From positions 988,047 through 1,052,046 of the forward strand of contig NW_003314304.1 in assembly GCF_000143415.4 (NCBI RefSeq): DNA of 64,000 bases, given 5' to 3'. The notes under the pieces were generated by a model. The model saw nothing but the letters and a program-made list of their open reading frames with translations, was not told the origin of the DNA and made no database searches. Position numbers and translations under genes: made by a program. Within the stretch, counting starts at the first letter, position 1; every line of letters begins with the position of its first letter. Source of the DNA: Selaginella moellendorffii. Lineage: Eukaryota > Plantae > Lycopodiophyta. Below, in pieces: positions 28,801-42,888 of the stretch.

Positions 28801-29411
28801 TAATTAAGGAACTTCTAAAAGGGTTATATACACCTTGATTTCTTTCCAAAGAAAAGGTTAACTTGGAAAAGTTCATCATATCTATTTAAATCAATTACTT
28901 TTATGGACCCAAAATATCCTTCCAAGCTTTTCCATCCACTTCATTTATAAGTTCTGTAGTAAAGCTCTTATTATAAATACTTTGTCTTAAGTTACTCTGA
29001 TCATCAATAGTACATATACCAATCCACATTCAGACAATAATTTTATAAGAAGATATAATTTACCACGAAGGTATTATATTTGGTTAAAAATCCAATAGAT
29101 TTTGGAAATTGATTTAATTCATCAAAATTCTAAATATGTAACTTAGATTTCAACTTTTAAAAAAAAATTTCTATCTTCCATCCATTGTAATTCTTTCTAT
29201 CAAGCATCTATAATATTATTCTAGAAATATTCTTATTAATAGCCTATTGCAATTTCAATGTCAAAATCCAGTTTTGAAATTCATTTATATATTTCATACC
29301 ACTAGACGACTGAATGAAGCTAGCTGAAGTCAAGAGTGACCCAAAAGATTACTTATCTAAGCAATAGATTTATTTTTTATTCTCTCAAATGCTAATATTC
29401 CAATAAAATTT

Positions 29412-29725
29412 TATAAACAATTAAAAATAACAACTTAAGAGGTGATTTTAGAGTTTAAATATAAAAGGAAAGAGTCTATGAATAAAAATGCACCTTTTTA
29501 TTTAATTAGGATATTTGGGGTTAAATATTCTTAAGTTTAAGTAGTATTGTGTTGGGAAACTTCTTGGCATTCAAACTCAAGAGCTTACATTTGGTATTTA
29601 ACAGGTCTCAAATTCAACTCTATTAGTTAGCTAAAAGAACCACACTATAGGAAATGGTTTATAAATAATAATGTACCTTCTTTTTTAATCAGTTAAGGGT
29701 ATTAAAATATTTGGGGTTAAGCATC
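29412..29725 (+). mobile_element. Highly decayed Cassandra-like TRIM
   Basis: Aligns by eye with the LTR at 43288-43481. Includes ...CAAACTCAAGAGCTTACA followed by TTTGGTATT (LTR end plus PBS) at ~29572-29598, and a partial second LTR. Confidence 0.7.
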
Positions 29726-30779
29726 TATCACAAATATGATTGTAAGTATTGAAAGTTATCTGTTAGTGACTACAACAGCAAGAGATTGGCATTGCTAAAC
29801 CCTTTATCAATCCCTTTTGTTCAAGTGTTAGTAAACTAAACTTAACATTTATACTTCACTTGATGAGCATAAAAAAGGAATTCTTAAGTGTTTATTTAAT
29901 GAAGTAAACTTGGCTTTATTTGTTAATTTTATTTTGCACCAACTTAACAAAAACCACTATAATATTGAGTTTGGTCCCTCAATATTTGTTAGATGATAGT
30001 TTATCGTGTTCATTAAGACATTCTCACTATTATATCCCATGAGTTGGTCTCATTTAGTCCTATTAGCTATTTATGAAAAGTGTCTAGATTTTTTAGTTAG
30101 GTATTACAAGCAATTAAATTTTCCATTCTACTTTAATCATTTAACTATGCTTTTAACCTTTTGAATGAGTTTCACTCACAACCTACATAAGTTTTTATCC
30201 GCCTTAAGGTATTTATTTACCTTAGATGTGATCTCAAGACCATATCAACTTCACACTTAGTCCAAGTGCTCAATTGTAAAGAATCAACTCCCCAAAGTGT
30301 CGTATGTTAAAGGATCCCTGAAGGCATGATCGAAATGATAAAGAGTTCATTGGATGGGACCAAGTCTAAAATCGAGTCTAAGACTGACTCTAAAATTGAG
30401 TTCAAGATAGAGTCTAGGATCGAGTTTGAGGCCGACTCCGAAACCGAGTTCGAGAATGAGTTCGAGATTTGAGATTGAGGTTTAGGAATCAGCCTTGAAG
30501 GAACTCTTTAGCAACTCCCCTTGTGACTCATTGGTTCTCACCCCTTCCTAGGGGCTTGGGCCTTCCCTTCGGGATGGAAGTGGGGGAGTAGAGGTACCCA
30601 TACCGGGCTATTATGCCACAGTGTTTCCCCTCGGTGCCCCAAAGCAAGTGTTGCACCCAAGGTTTGGGATTTAGAGGGTGTTATGATCAAGTTTTATTGT
30701 ACCAAGGGATGTTAAGAACTTAGAGGTTTGCTGTTTGTGTTTGTGGGGAGTGTAGCAAAACCTTAAGTCTAGTCTAACC

Positions 30780-31420
30780 CATGGAAGGGGATTGGGAGAG
30801 ATTTTGGTAACTTCTTTAAGAAGAACACCACTCTGTTTCAAAACAGCTTGAGAAATTTTACCTTTTGTTGAGTAAAGTCACATTTTCTCTCTTTAGCATA
30901 CAATTTGTGTTCCTTTAGTTTCTCAAACACTTTCGTCAAGTGTTCGGTATGCTCCTATAGCATCTCGCTATAGATTAAGATATTATCAATATAAATGACT
31001 ACGAAGTGATCTAGATAGGGTACAAAGATGTGGTTCATCAGCGTCGAAAATGTTATTAGTATATTGCACAGCCCAAAAGGTATTACTAGAAACTCAAAGC
31101 TCCCATACCTTGTTTGACATTTTAACATCTTCCTCTATTACCTTAATCTGGTAGTATCCTGACATTAGGTCAATCCTCAAAAAGTATTTTGCCTTTCCTA
31201 ACCTATCAAACAATCCTTGGTCCTCAATCCTTGGTAAAGGGTATTTATTCTTCTTTGTATATCTACAGTGCTCCGCTACAGTGCTCCGATACCAACAGTA
31301 GCACACCTTATCTCTCTCCCCTTAAGCCAACTAGAAAAGGGGCAATTGCTTGATGAGAGAGCCCTTAGTGGCTATTTTATCCCCATTTATCCCCCAAGGT
31401 TCCAAGAATCCACGGTGACA
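30780..31420 (-). mobile_element. Ty3/gypsy remnant: short LTR-like piece plus PBS, joined by deletion to an RT fragment
   Basis: KKNKYPLPRIED..FDRLGKAKYFLRIDLMSGYYQIKV followed by [10 protein letters not shown]. Met-PBS-like TGGTATCGGAGC on the - strand near 31283-31294. Confidence 0.8.
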
Positions 31421-31424
31421 GTAT

Positions 31425-33190
31425 ATCCAAATCTCATCCCATGATCACATGCACTACACCACCCCAACCACGACTCAAGTTGTGGTAGACAACTTACGTC
31501 AATATGGCCATCTTCACGCCACCACATTTAGATTTTGTTTGCTTTTTCCTCATGCTCTTCTTCAGAAGGTATAGCCTGCCATTGTTTGCATAACTCCTTA
31601 AATGCTAGTTAGAAATCTGGCTTGATAAGGTGGCAGTGTTGGTTTAGGCTCTAAGCCCAATGGAACTCATAAGTTTTCTCACAACCTTCTAGGGGTTGAC
31701 CATTCCCAAAGACTGCCCGGACACCATTCCAATTAACCCCAGCCCCATCTGCCATGAAACCGTGAAATTTGGTAGGCTTACTAGTCCACTTCAATACAAT
31801 GTCATAGAGAGACTTCCAAAATATTTCTTGAGCCATCTAGTCTTATACTTTAAACTCTACTGTTGCAATTGTTAAATTACAATGTAGCCTGTGAAAAGGG
31901 CAATGCTTAAAACCATTTTAAGATAATGAGAAAAAAAACTAACCTTAGATCATACACATGAGCTCCCATGGTTATCCAACCCGCCACCCACTCTATATCG
32001 TCAAAATGTACCCATGCATTAGCAAGATCACTCAACCTAGACATATTCATTCGAGAAACAAGATCCACACCAAAGGCGGGGCCCATAGTAAACATTTTGA
32101 AAACGAAAGGGCACTCTTGCTCACTAACGACTTGATCTGGAAATAAACTCCCATGGATAAACTTGTAGGGATAAGTCTGTTTTAGTTCAAGGATTGAGTA
32201 AATTTTTTATTGGAGTTTCTCCTCTTGAGATTCACACATCCAAGACTTTATCTTAAATAAAACAAAATGTAAGAGAGATATTATTGAAAAGTATGTAATA
32301 ATATTTTCATACCTTCTAAGGCTAGTTGCAAGTTGCATATGTTATAGTAACTCCCACAAGCTAGCCTCATTCAGTTGAGTATTCTTGTAGTCCGGATCAA
32401 GTAAAGTGCTTGCGATAAAATCCTTAAGCACTATCTTTTGAACATGCTTCGGAGTTGTAAATGAGTTTCTCACAGTCTTTATTTGCATTGCATCTTTGAA
32501 ATAGTTGACTAAACTCCTTTGTATCCCTTCTTGCATTGGATGTGTGTGCGTGCCAATATGTACTGCAACTCTACCAGCCTCTCCATTCCATAGAAGAAAA
32601 TAGTACATCTTGGCCCTGCAGATAGCACGACACAATGGAGCATCTTTGCAAAACCGACACTTGAATTCAACACCAATGGTGTCACAGATGGGAGGATTGA
32701 TTGTAGATCTCAAAAAATGTGGAGTTTTTACTGTGCTCTTGATTGCATGCTTTATTCACACAATCCAAATACCCACCATAGTGAACCATGGACACTGTGC
32801 CTTCAAAATGCTGGAAATGTGTGGTCTTGATCTTGCACCAATTGTGGACATCCTGCTTCGTCTCCATCCCCTTTCGTTTTGAGTTAACAAGAGGTGGTAG
32901 TTCAAAGAAGATATTGCCATTGTATGTAGATGGGAGCTTGCTAACAAGCCTATGTAGAAAGGAATGCACGTCGATAGAGAGGTGGGAAAACTAGAAAGCA
33001 TTGCAAATAGTTTTGAATATCAATGAAGTTGGAGTTTGGAAATTCTTGGCTTGCACTAGACTAACATCTCCACTAGAACTAGAAGAGGAAGAAATGATGA
33101 CGACCGACTCTTGCTTCATATTCACTTTGGCAGGATCGCAGCCTCGCACTTTGATTGGAGATCCAAAAACTCAAATCTCCTTCGACTTGG
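31425..33190 (-). pseudogene. MULE transposase with WRKY/GCM-type zinc finger (stops and frameshifts)
   Basis: WCKIKTT..YLDCVNKAC...CRFC..LCRAICRAKMYY...VHIGTHTHP, then VHFD, GFMADGAGVNWNGVR, YEFHW (C/DxxH position) and LESWL. Confidence 0.75.
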
Positions 33191-33962
33191 AATGTTGCAA
33201 ATCCCAATGTTGTCCACTTTCACCTACATCTGAAAGAAGAAATTCCGATCGTTCAACTACACCAATGTTGTTGCGAATCACAGCCTCCAATGAAATAGAA
33301 CTAAGAGAAAGATCGAAACGTCAGCAAAGAAAACTTTCTGAAATAAGACTTTGGGAGAAAGAAAGCAATGGGTGATCTTGGTAATGTAAAAGGAAGTTCT
33401 CCATTTTGTTGCCTTTAGGTTTTGGAACTATGAACTTTTATAAAGAAATGTCACCTCAAACATGTGCTATGCCATTATGTGAAAAGAAAAGGCAATTTTA
33501 TTCTAGGATCTAACATCGAATAATGTTATAATAAATTCTATATGAAGTATATAGGACTATGTTGTACAATATTAAAAGTCTGTATATATTGAATTCAAAA
33601 ACATGCTCAAATTTATTATATGGACTAACTTTTGGTAGAACGGAAAAAAATATCACCTCAAACATGTGCCATAATATGAAAGATAGGAATGATTTTATTC
33701 TAGGATCTACCATCAACACCCTGTTGCCAAACAAATTAAATATTGTACATATTTTTAGTACTTCATTAAAGCCAGAAATCATCACATTCTTCTGAACTCA
33801 TTTAAATATATTCCATCTTTGTACTACCATCTATCACCTATAGTAAATTATCTATATACATAGCTTCGAAAATAACACTTTACAATTTAATAATCTTATA
33901 TTTTTTGACAAGATGCTATTATTTGCAAGAAACACATAATTCTCATTTATAATTTTGTACTG

Positions 33963-36900
33963 TGTAGCGCACATGGTTACCACGGAGCAACTCCCGAGTG
34001 TACAGCCCAAGGAGCGAAGGGACAGGAGCCCGGAGCGACTTGGAATAGTCCTAGAGCAACCAACATCCCAATGCTAGGACCAGCACGCAAAACGGAGCCA
34101 AATGGATTCTGGCGCTATTTCGGCATACCGGTGGCCTAACGTGAGGATATGGGTACTCCACCAGCTAGCATGGAATGGAACTTGGGCTTAGACCCAAGCC
34201 GGATGCAGAACAAGGACAGGCACGCAAGCGGGAGCTAGACTATGCCTCAGGTTGGTCGGCCATGCCCGACCGACCCACTATCCCTACTATACATTTGGAA
34301 CCCCCCACAGCCCCCCCCCCCCTTGAGGAACACACGCTTTGGGCTTTCACCCCAAGCCTCCCTTAGTATCAGGAGTTAGTCTCTGGGACAAGCTTGAAAC
34401 TTACTAAATATGAAATGTCCTTAGAATGCGAATTTGGATATGGGATGAACACCATTGTGTTCAGGCCGATCTCTACATTCCGTAGATATGCCAAATGAGC
34501 AAATCTAGACACTTTCCATAAATAGCATTTGGGACCAAAATGAGACTAACACAAAGGGCATGATAGCGAGGGTGTTTGGCAGACATGGTAAGCTATCATC
34601 TAGCGATGTTGAGGGACCAATCTCAATATCGCGGGGGTTCTTGATACTAGCAAGTGCAAGCCAATGACTCAAGTTTCTCAAACCAGGCCGAGTATGCTCA
34701 GCAAGAAACACATAGAGTTCCTACCTTATGTTTATCCAATCTAAGTGCATGGTCATTGACCAGTTTCTCAACTAGCTCAAGTGGGAAACTGATAACGGGT
34801 CCAGCAATACCGACCTCCTGCCATCGTGGCAGTAAGGTAAGAGTGTCCGTAAGGACTAGCCGACAAGTAACTTTCGATACCCGAAGTCACATTCGCGACA
34901 CTCTCCCCCCCTAGGGAAGATCGACGTCCTCGTCGATGCATACTCGAGTCTAGAATACCGCCAAGGAAACAACTCCAGAAAAAGTTCACGGTACTCACAC
35001 TATGTGAGAAATGCATCAACTTAAATGAGTTAGGGGGTAACCTCTTTGTCTAACGCGGATGCGCTACTAGCTCAGACACCTTCCGGCCGTCGCCGACAAG
35101 GAAATGACCAACGGAGTCAGCCACCCTTGTTGCTCTGGGAGTCACCCAGCTTACAAAAGTGTGATATGCCCCTGCCTGCAGGAACATAGAGAGAGAAGCC
35201 AGAGGCCCCAACCCTCCTAAGCAAAGAAACCAAACCCGTCGGTAAGGTTTAGATAGACTACTGTAAACAGGCAGTTAGAGTTGTTTACACGGTCACGCCC
35301 TTTCACGGAACAAGGAACATCGACAGAGAGGCGGGTTATGTGACCAGTCGACAGTAGCTACCCCATGACTAGAGATTTCAACATGCACATGAAGTGCCAA
35401 AGCCAGTCTGCCTATACTGGCCCAAACTCAAAGATAAAGATATAGGGACTATACCAAAGTCATAAACAATGATATCTTAGAGATTTGATTATCAGTGAAT
35501 AAAGCTTAGATGAGAACACAAATGTATTCCAAGTAAGTTATCATCCGATAAACTAGTATTATAGTATAGGAACCACCAAGATCATTATAATTTGGCAAAC
35601 ATAGAAATGACCATCCAACAAAATTCAATAACTAGTATATCATCAAGGAAACTCAATGATGAAACTGAACTACCGAAGATAGTAGACAGTAAGCCAACAA
35701 CTTACTAGAGAGAACTCAAAGAACACAAAGTATCATTGACTAACAAGCACAATGCTCGCGAATGTATCACCCAAAGGAAATAACATCCAAATCTATCAAA
35801 ACTAACTCGAGCAACAATCAACAGAAGAGAATGAATGTGGTAAGATCAACAAACACGCATGCCTGCCAACTATCACAAAAGCCAATCTGAATAGATCCTA
35901 GCCAACAATACCAAGGAACTCAAGTTGCCTAAGCAAGTGTCAGCAACATCCTACTGACGTCTCAAACCCAAAAGACCAATCCAGAGCAAAACACATAGAA
36001 CATGTGGTATTGCGAGAAGCCAAAAGCCATCAAAGAGAACAACCAATTATCATGAAAGATCGTCAATTAGCCCATCAATGTAGTGATGTATAATCATCGT
36101 TGAAGAAAGAATCTACCATCCCGAAGAATAGCAAATAATTCCAAACCAACAATAATCAAGCAAAACTTGTGATAAGGACAATCAACAACCCTAGATGATA
36201 GTCAATCATCACCAATGATTGCTAGATGCAAATACTAACTTCAACATCAAAGCTAAAGAGCCAAAAATGCCTTCCCCCAACAACTTCTAACAAATGGAAC
36301 AATGAGCATGAAAACTCAAGGAACCAAAAGTTCGAAGAAGCCTATAGCTAAGTCTTGCCTAATAATGATCACGAGTCTTTGCATGAACTAATTTCAATGC
36401 TAAAGAAGAAACCATGGTGCAACCCACAATATCTTCCTCAACACATCCATAAGCCAAACTTCATAATGCCAAAGCTAATGAAGAGCATTTCTGCATCAAT
36501 CCAAAAACTAAGCATAACGAAGCTATGCTTAACAAATGATCATCAAATGATCCTCCATGAATCCATCTATAGCAAGACATAACTCACTTCGTAACAAGCA
36601 CAAGAAGAATCATCAACGATCGATATAGTCCAACTCAAATCCAATAAGGATTCAAACACTTCAATACCAATCACTAACTCTTCCTCTCATAGAGGTAGCA
36701 TTGTCTACGACTAAATCACTTTTCAAGGAAAAGCGAAAGCTCAACCCCTACTAAACAATCTCATCTAGAACACAACTAACTCAACTTGCTAGTCAGTTCT
36801 TTTGAACGTCAACATAGTTGCTAACTAGCAAATGCACAAATGCCAATAACACAAAGCTATAGCCAAATCATCAACACTATATTCATCAAGACTAATGAAA

Positions 36901-39900
36901 CTCAATATCAATCCTTGGAAGGATATCTCATTTCACTCAGATCTCAATATCAACAATGTCAACAACAAGGTATCACTTCAATGCTATCAACACTAGAACA
37001 AAGCTAGAAGAAAGCACAAGTGAATCACCACCCAAAGCTCTCTAGCAACCAAGCTAACCAAGGTCGAAGATACCTTAGTCAGTATCCGAGACCAATCCTC
37101 TAACAATACTCAGTTACAAATAACACTTCCTCAACGAGTGAATCACCACGTCCAAGACTCAATGAAATCCAACACTATAGACCAAACGTAACCAAATGAT
37201 ATTGACAAAGGAATTGACATGCCAACATGGAAAAACCACGCCAGCCTAATGACACGATCCTCCGCAACACCATCCGGTAAAGCAAGCCCATCACTGCTAA
37301 ATCATCATTGAGCAAAGTAAGTGTCAACGGTCCTTGACGAAGTCTACAAGTAATCACTAGTCACAAAGCAACTAACAATCACTCCTCAACTTGCCTTCAC
37401 AAGACCCAAACACCAACTCTTGTCATCAAGTTATATACTTGCCCAATATGAACGTGATACCCCAGGTACGAGATAAAAGTTCATAGACAAGCACAAACTA
37501 AATGACCACTCAAATCCAACTCAACCGCAATAAGCTCACTAAAACATTTAGCCACTAACTCTGAGCATGCTTTGAAGAGGCTAGCTATGTGATCAACACT
37601 CAGTCGAAACTAAAGTGAAGACCATGAGATGGACTCATATCGGTACACAACCTCCTCATAGGCAAAGCTATAGTACAGGTACTAACATCTCAACCTCAAA
37701 CAACTAAGTTAGACATCACCATCCTCAGCCAAGGCGCAGGGCTACCAAGACTAAGTCAAGATCAGTGAGAGCTCACTACTCTCATAGAGTCTAAACAAAA
37801 TGCAAGGTGCAACCTGCCACCGAGCATAATGCTACAAAAGAAAGGCACAAAGGTCACCCTTCTGAGAAAAGTGCAACGGCCACTTTTCTACACCAACTCC
37901 AGACTCTATCCAACTCAATTGCCTTAGCCCCAAAAGTTAGCATCCCTTTCAGGTTGCATCATACAAACTACCTACCAAGGTCTAAGTTAACTGAAGTCAA
38001 CTCCAACCCCTTCACTAGTTTGTACTGGCCTTCGAAAACGGAATGGTTTTCAGACAAAATGATCAATAGATCAGCCATTGGAAAAGTCTAAGAAAATTTG
38101 TGGAAAATTTCCCATCCTAGAGAAAGAATGACTCTCAGTCCAGGATTGCAAACTTTCAAGACTCAACCAACTTCCTCCTACTAACAACTTCACATAGGCT
38201 CACCTCAACACAAATTCTCATGATCGAACAACATGCTTAAGCATCGAACATCTTTGCCCATCTAACCGATATCCAACACCGACATCCGCAAAGTGCAAAA
38301 TGAGCATCCAAGGCTTGATCACAAAGACCACATCATCGGATATCCACATTGCACTAACACTCTTCTTCAACCACCTTCAAGATCCAATGTGAAGCCAAAA
38401 CACTAACAAGAAAAATGACATGGAAAATCAAGCTCTAAGGAAAATTCCTCATCACTCGAATCAACAATACCACTTCCACTAACACAAGTGCTAGCGATGT
38501 CAATGCATTAACCTCACACCTTCTCCATCCAATAATCTACTCCAAGTGCTAACAGATCAACAGATGAGCTATAGCAAATGAATGCTACAACCCATTCCCA
38601 ACACCTTATGGGCAAACCCTCAAGGAAACAAGGTACCAACATAAGCTTAGCATAATGGACCACCATTGAGAATCCAGTCAAGGCTACTACAATGCTACTT
38701 TGTGCAAGTAGACTAGCTTCTCCATCAACCACTTTGGGGTTGATCATCATTTACCCAAGCAACTTCGTAAACACATTGCTCATTATCACATGGATATGAT
38801 ATAAATCATAATGACTTGATCATCAATTGAGTAACGCAATGAGCAAGGCTTATGTCATTACTTCAAACGTTTATGTGAGTATCAAATGCCAACTCGATTC
38901 GACAAAATGCAACATAAATGCCACACTCCACTGATAGAGATTTACAACACCCAATATCACTAACTTTTGTTCACCACACAGACAAGCTCATGCCACTCTC
39001 CTTCCGACCAAACTCAACACTAATCCAACACCAAGTTACTCAAGGAGCAATAGCAAGGTTCCCCGGAAAAGAATTGAGCATTGCAACCCAAGTCTTCCAA
39101 TAGCGAGCCTAGACAAAATGGTTTAGTGTTTCATCACTATCCATCCCACAACTCACCGTTTGTAAGACCATCATCTCCAATATGCATCAAGGTAGGGACT
39201 CTTGATTGCATAATGTGAACACGAGCAATGAGTCACACCTCGTTGCAAATCATCTCTCCAAGAAGAGAACATGATTTATGTCTTTGATCCTCCATCCCCG
39301 ATGCCTCTCTTTTCGGTCTAAGCATAAACTCGTGCAAATGGAACATCTCACAAACCATCTTATGAGCCCAAACGCAAGCTCACATCATAAGGTACAAAAA
39401 GGTAACAAAAACCATACCCAAGGAACAAATGCGAAGTCTTAGCACCCAAACGTGTACCCACTCGGATCATCGTTTTCATCTCTACGTATGCAACGAGACT
39501 AGTTGCCCAATCTCATTGAATAGTACTCGCTGAGACTCATCCTCTGATACCAAATGTAGCGCACGTGGTTTTTACCCTTTATCCTATGGTGATTTACCAT
39601 AGGATAACACCACGAAGCGGAACCTAAACCCCCTTTGTGCCATGTGACAGATGCCACGTGTCACATGCCACGTGTCCAAAGGACTGTGGTGTGGAACCCG
39701 AGGTTCAGGGCCTTGGGCCACTAAACGAAGAAACGGTGCCAAACTCCCAAGCATGAAGCTAAGGAGTGACGGAACCGAACCACAGAGCAACTCCCGAGCG
39801 TACAGCCCAAGGAGCGAAGGGACAGGAGCCCGGAGCGACTTGGAATAGTCCTAGAGCAACCAACATCCCAATGCCAGGACCAGCACGCAAAACGGAGCCA

Positions 39901-40702
39901 AAGGGAGTCTGGCGCTATTTCGGCATACCGGTGGCCTAACATGAGGATATGGGTACTCCACCAGCTAGCATGGAATGGAACTTGGGCTTAGACCCAAGCC
40001 GGACGCAGAACAAGGACAGGCACGCAAGCGGGAGCTAGACTATGCCTCAGGTTGGTCGGCCATGCCGGACCTACCCATTATCCCTACTATACATTTGGAA
40101 CCCCCCACAGCGCCCCCCCCCCCCTTGAGGAACACACGCTTTGGGCTTTCACCCCAAGCCTCCCTTAGTATCAGGAGTTAGTCTCTGGGACAAGCTTGAA
40201 ACTTACTAAATATGGAATGTCCTTAGAATGCGAATTTGGACATGGGACGAACACCATTGTGTTCAGGCCGATCTCTACATTCCGTAGATATGCCAAATGA
40301 GCAAATCTAGACACTTTCCATAAATAGCATTTGGGACCAAAATGAGACTAACACAAAGGGCATGATAGCGAGGGTGTTTGGCAGACACGGTAAGCTATCA
40401 TCTAGCGATGTTGAGGGACCAATCTCAATATCGCGGGGGTTCTTGATACTAGCAAGTGCAAGCCAATGACTCAAGTTTCTCAAACCAGGCCGAGTATGCT
40501 CAGCAAGAAACACATAGGGTTCCTACCTTATGTTTATCCAATCTAAGTGCATGGTCATTGACCAGTTTCTCAACTAGCTCAAGTGGGAAACTGATAATGG
40601 GTCCAGCAATACCGACCTCCTGCCATTGTGGCAGTAAGGTAAGAGTGTCCGTAAGGACTAGCCGACAAGTAACTTTCGATACCCGAAGTCACATTCGCGA
40701 CA
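33963..40702 (-). mobile_element. Non-autonomous Ty3/gypsy-type LTR retrotransposon, copy 1
   Basis: LTRs at 33963-34900 (about 210-bp deletion) and 39555-40702, both TG..CA. Met PBS at 39541-39552 and PPT at 34901-34912 on the - strand. Internal region has no intact ORF. No TSD seen. Confidence 0.9.
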
Positions 40703-41039
40703 GTGATCAATTCAACACATGCGTCTGTGACATTATTTCACATTATGGCATAGTCATATTAGAGCACACCTCCATTATTAAATTACAACTCAAAAGGACT
40801 TTGTCACGTGATCAAATCTAGGACAGAATAGAAATTGTACATTGCTAGCAAATATTTGCAGAATGTAATGAAGATATACTGCATCCATGATGAACGGCTG
40901 TGATGAAAGTTAGGTTAGAGTTAGGGCGGTCGCTGGCATTAGGGCTTTATAGAAAGTAGAGCGGGAGATTGGGAGTGATTGTGGGATCCATCGGCATCAA
41001 ATAAAATGCCACCAAGAGTAAGTTTTTTTCTCCTCCACT

Positions 41040-41818
41040 CCCACGCCATGCCCAGCACCGCGGTGCCCATGCCACACCCAGCACCGCCATGCCCAGCGCT
41101 GCCGTGCCCATGCCACACCCAGCACTGCGGCACCCACGCCACGCCATGCCCAACACCACTGCTGCCCAGGGCCACCACTGGCCAACACTACTGCTGCTGT
41201 GCCCACCACCGCTGCCCACCGTCGTGCCCACTGCCGCTGCCCAGCACCGCCGCTGCCGTGCCCCGCTGCCTAGCACCGCCACTGCCGTGCCCCACTGCCC
41301 AGCACCGCCCACACCACGTCAGTGCTGCCGCGCCCACGCCACGCCCAGCGCCGCGAGCCCGCCCCCAATCGGCCTGCCCCCCAATTGCCAAGTCCAAGTG
41401 CTTGGGCCAGGCACTCCGCGCGGGCCGGCAAAGGCTTTTGGGGGCAGGCCAGCACCCGCGCCAAGTGCCCGCACCAGGCATTTGGCGCGAGCCGGCCAAG
41501 GCGCTTATGGGCATGCCAGTTTACTGGCGAATCGTCCAGCCCCCAAGTGCCAAGTTCAAGTGCCCGCGCTGGGCACTTGGCGTGGGCTGGGCAAGGCATT
41601 TGGGGGCGGGCCAGTTTGCCAGCAAACCGGCCTGCCCCTAAGTGCCTTGGCTGGCCCACGCCAAATTCTCAACACGGGCACTTGAACTTGGCACTTGGGG
41701 GCTGGCCAGTTCTCCAGCGAACCGGCCTGCCCCCAAGCACCTTGGCCGGCTCACGCGATTTGGCCCACCCCCAAGGACCTTGGCCGGCTCGTGCCAAATG
41801 CCTGATGCAGGCACTTGG
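41040..41818. repeat. GC-rich repeat and palindromic array of the outer element, left part
   Basis: GCCATGCCCAGCACC-like repeats, then alternating CCAAGTGCC / GGCACTTGG motifs. Confidence 0.85.
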
Positions 41819-42888
41819 TGTAGTGCACGTGGTTTTAACCCTTTATCCTATGGTGATTTACCATAGGATAACACCACGAAGCGGAACCTAAACCCTCTTT
41901 GTGCCACATGACAGATGCCACGTGTCACATACCACGTGTCCATGCCACATGTCCATAGGAACCCGAGGTTCAGGGCTTTGGGCCACTGAACGAAGGAACG
42001 GTGCCAAACTCCCAAGCATGAAGCCAAAGAGTGACGGAACTGGACCATGGAGTAACTCCCAAGCATAAAGCCCAAGGAGCAAAGGGACAGGAGCCCGGAG
42101 CGACTTGGAACAGTCCTAAAGCAACTAGCATCTCAATGCTAGAACCAGCACGCAAAATGGAGCCAAACGGAGTTTGGCGCTATTTCGGCATACCGGTGGC
42201 CTAACACGAAGACATGGGTACTTCACCAGCTAGCATGGTGTGGAACTTGGGCTTAGACCCAAGCCGGATGTAGAACAAGGACAGGCACGCAAGCGGGAGC
42301 TAGACTATGCCTCAGGTTGGTCGGCCATGCCCAACCTACCCACTATCCCTACTATACATTTGGAACCCCCCCCGCCCCCCCCAGTATGCTCAACTAGAAA
42401 CACATAGGAGTTCCTACCTTATGTCCATCTGGCTAAGTACATGTGCTAAGCCCAGTTTACTAACACTTGAACAAAAGGGGCTAATAAAGGGAACTAGCAA
42501 TACCGACCTCCTGCCATCGTGGCAGTAAGGTAAGAGTGTCTGTAAGGACTAGCCGACAGGTAACTTTCAATACCCGAAATCACATTCGCGACACTCTCCC
42601 CCCCTTGGGAAGATCGACGTCCTTGTCGATGTATACTCGAGTCTAGAATACCGCCAAGGAAACAACCCCAGAAAAAGTTCACGGTACTCACACTATGTGA
42701 GAAATGCACCAACTTAAATGAGTTAGGGGGTGACCTCTTTGTTTAACGTCTTTGTTTAACGTGGATGCTCTACCAGCTCAGACACCTTCCGGCCGTCGCC
42801 GACATGGAAATGACCAATGGAGTCAGCCACCCTTGTTGCTCTGGGAGTCACCCAGCTTACAAAAGTGTGATATGCCCCTACTTGCAGG

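Noticed and set aside
40939-41891. Long overlapping ORFs (also at 49.1-49.9 kb and 53.8-54.8 kb)
   Set aside because: They arise from stop-poor GC repeats and N runs, and show no protein signal.
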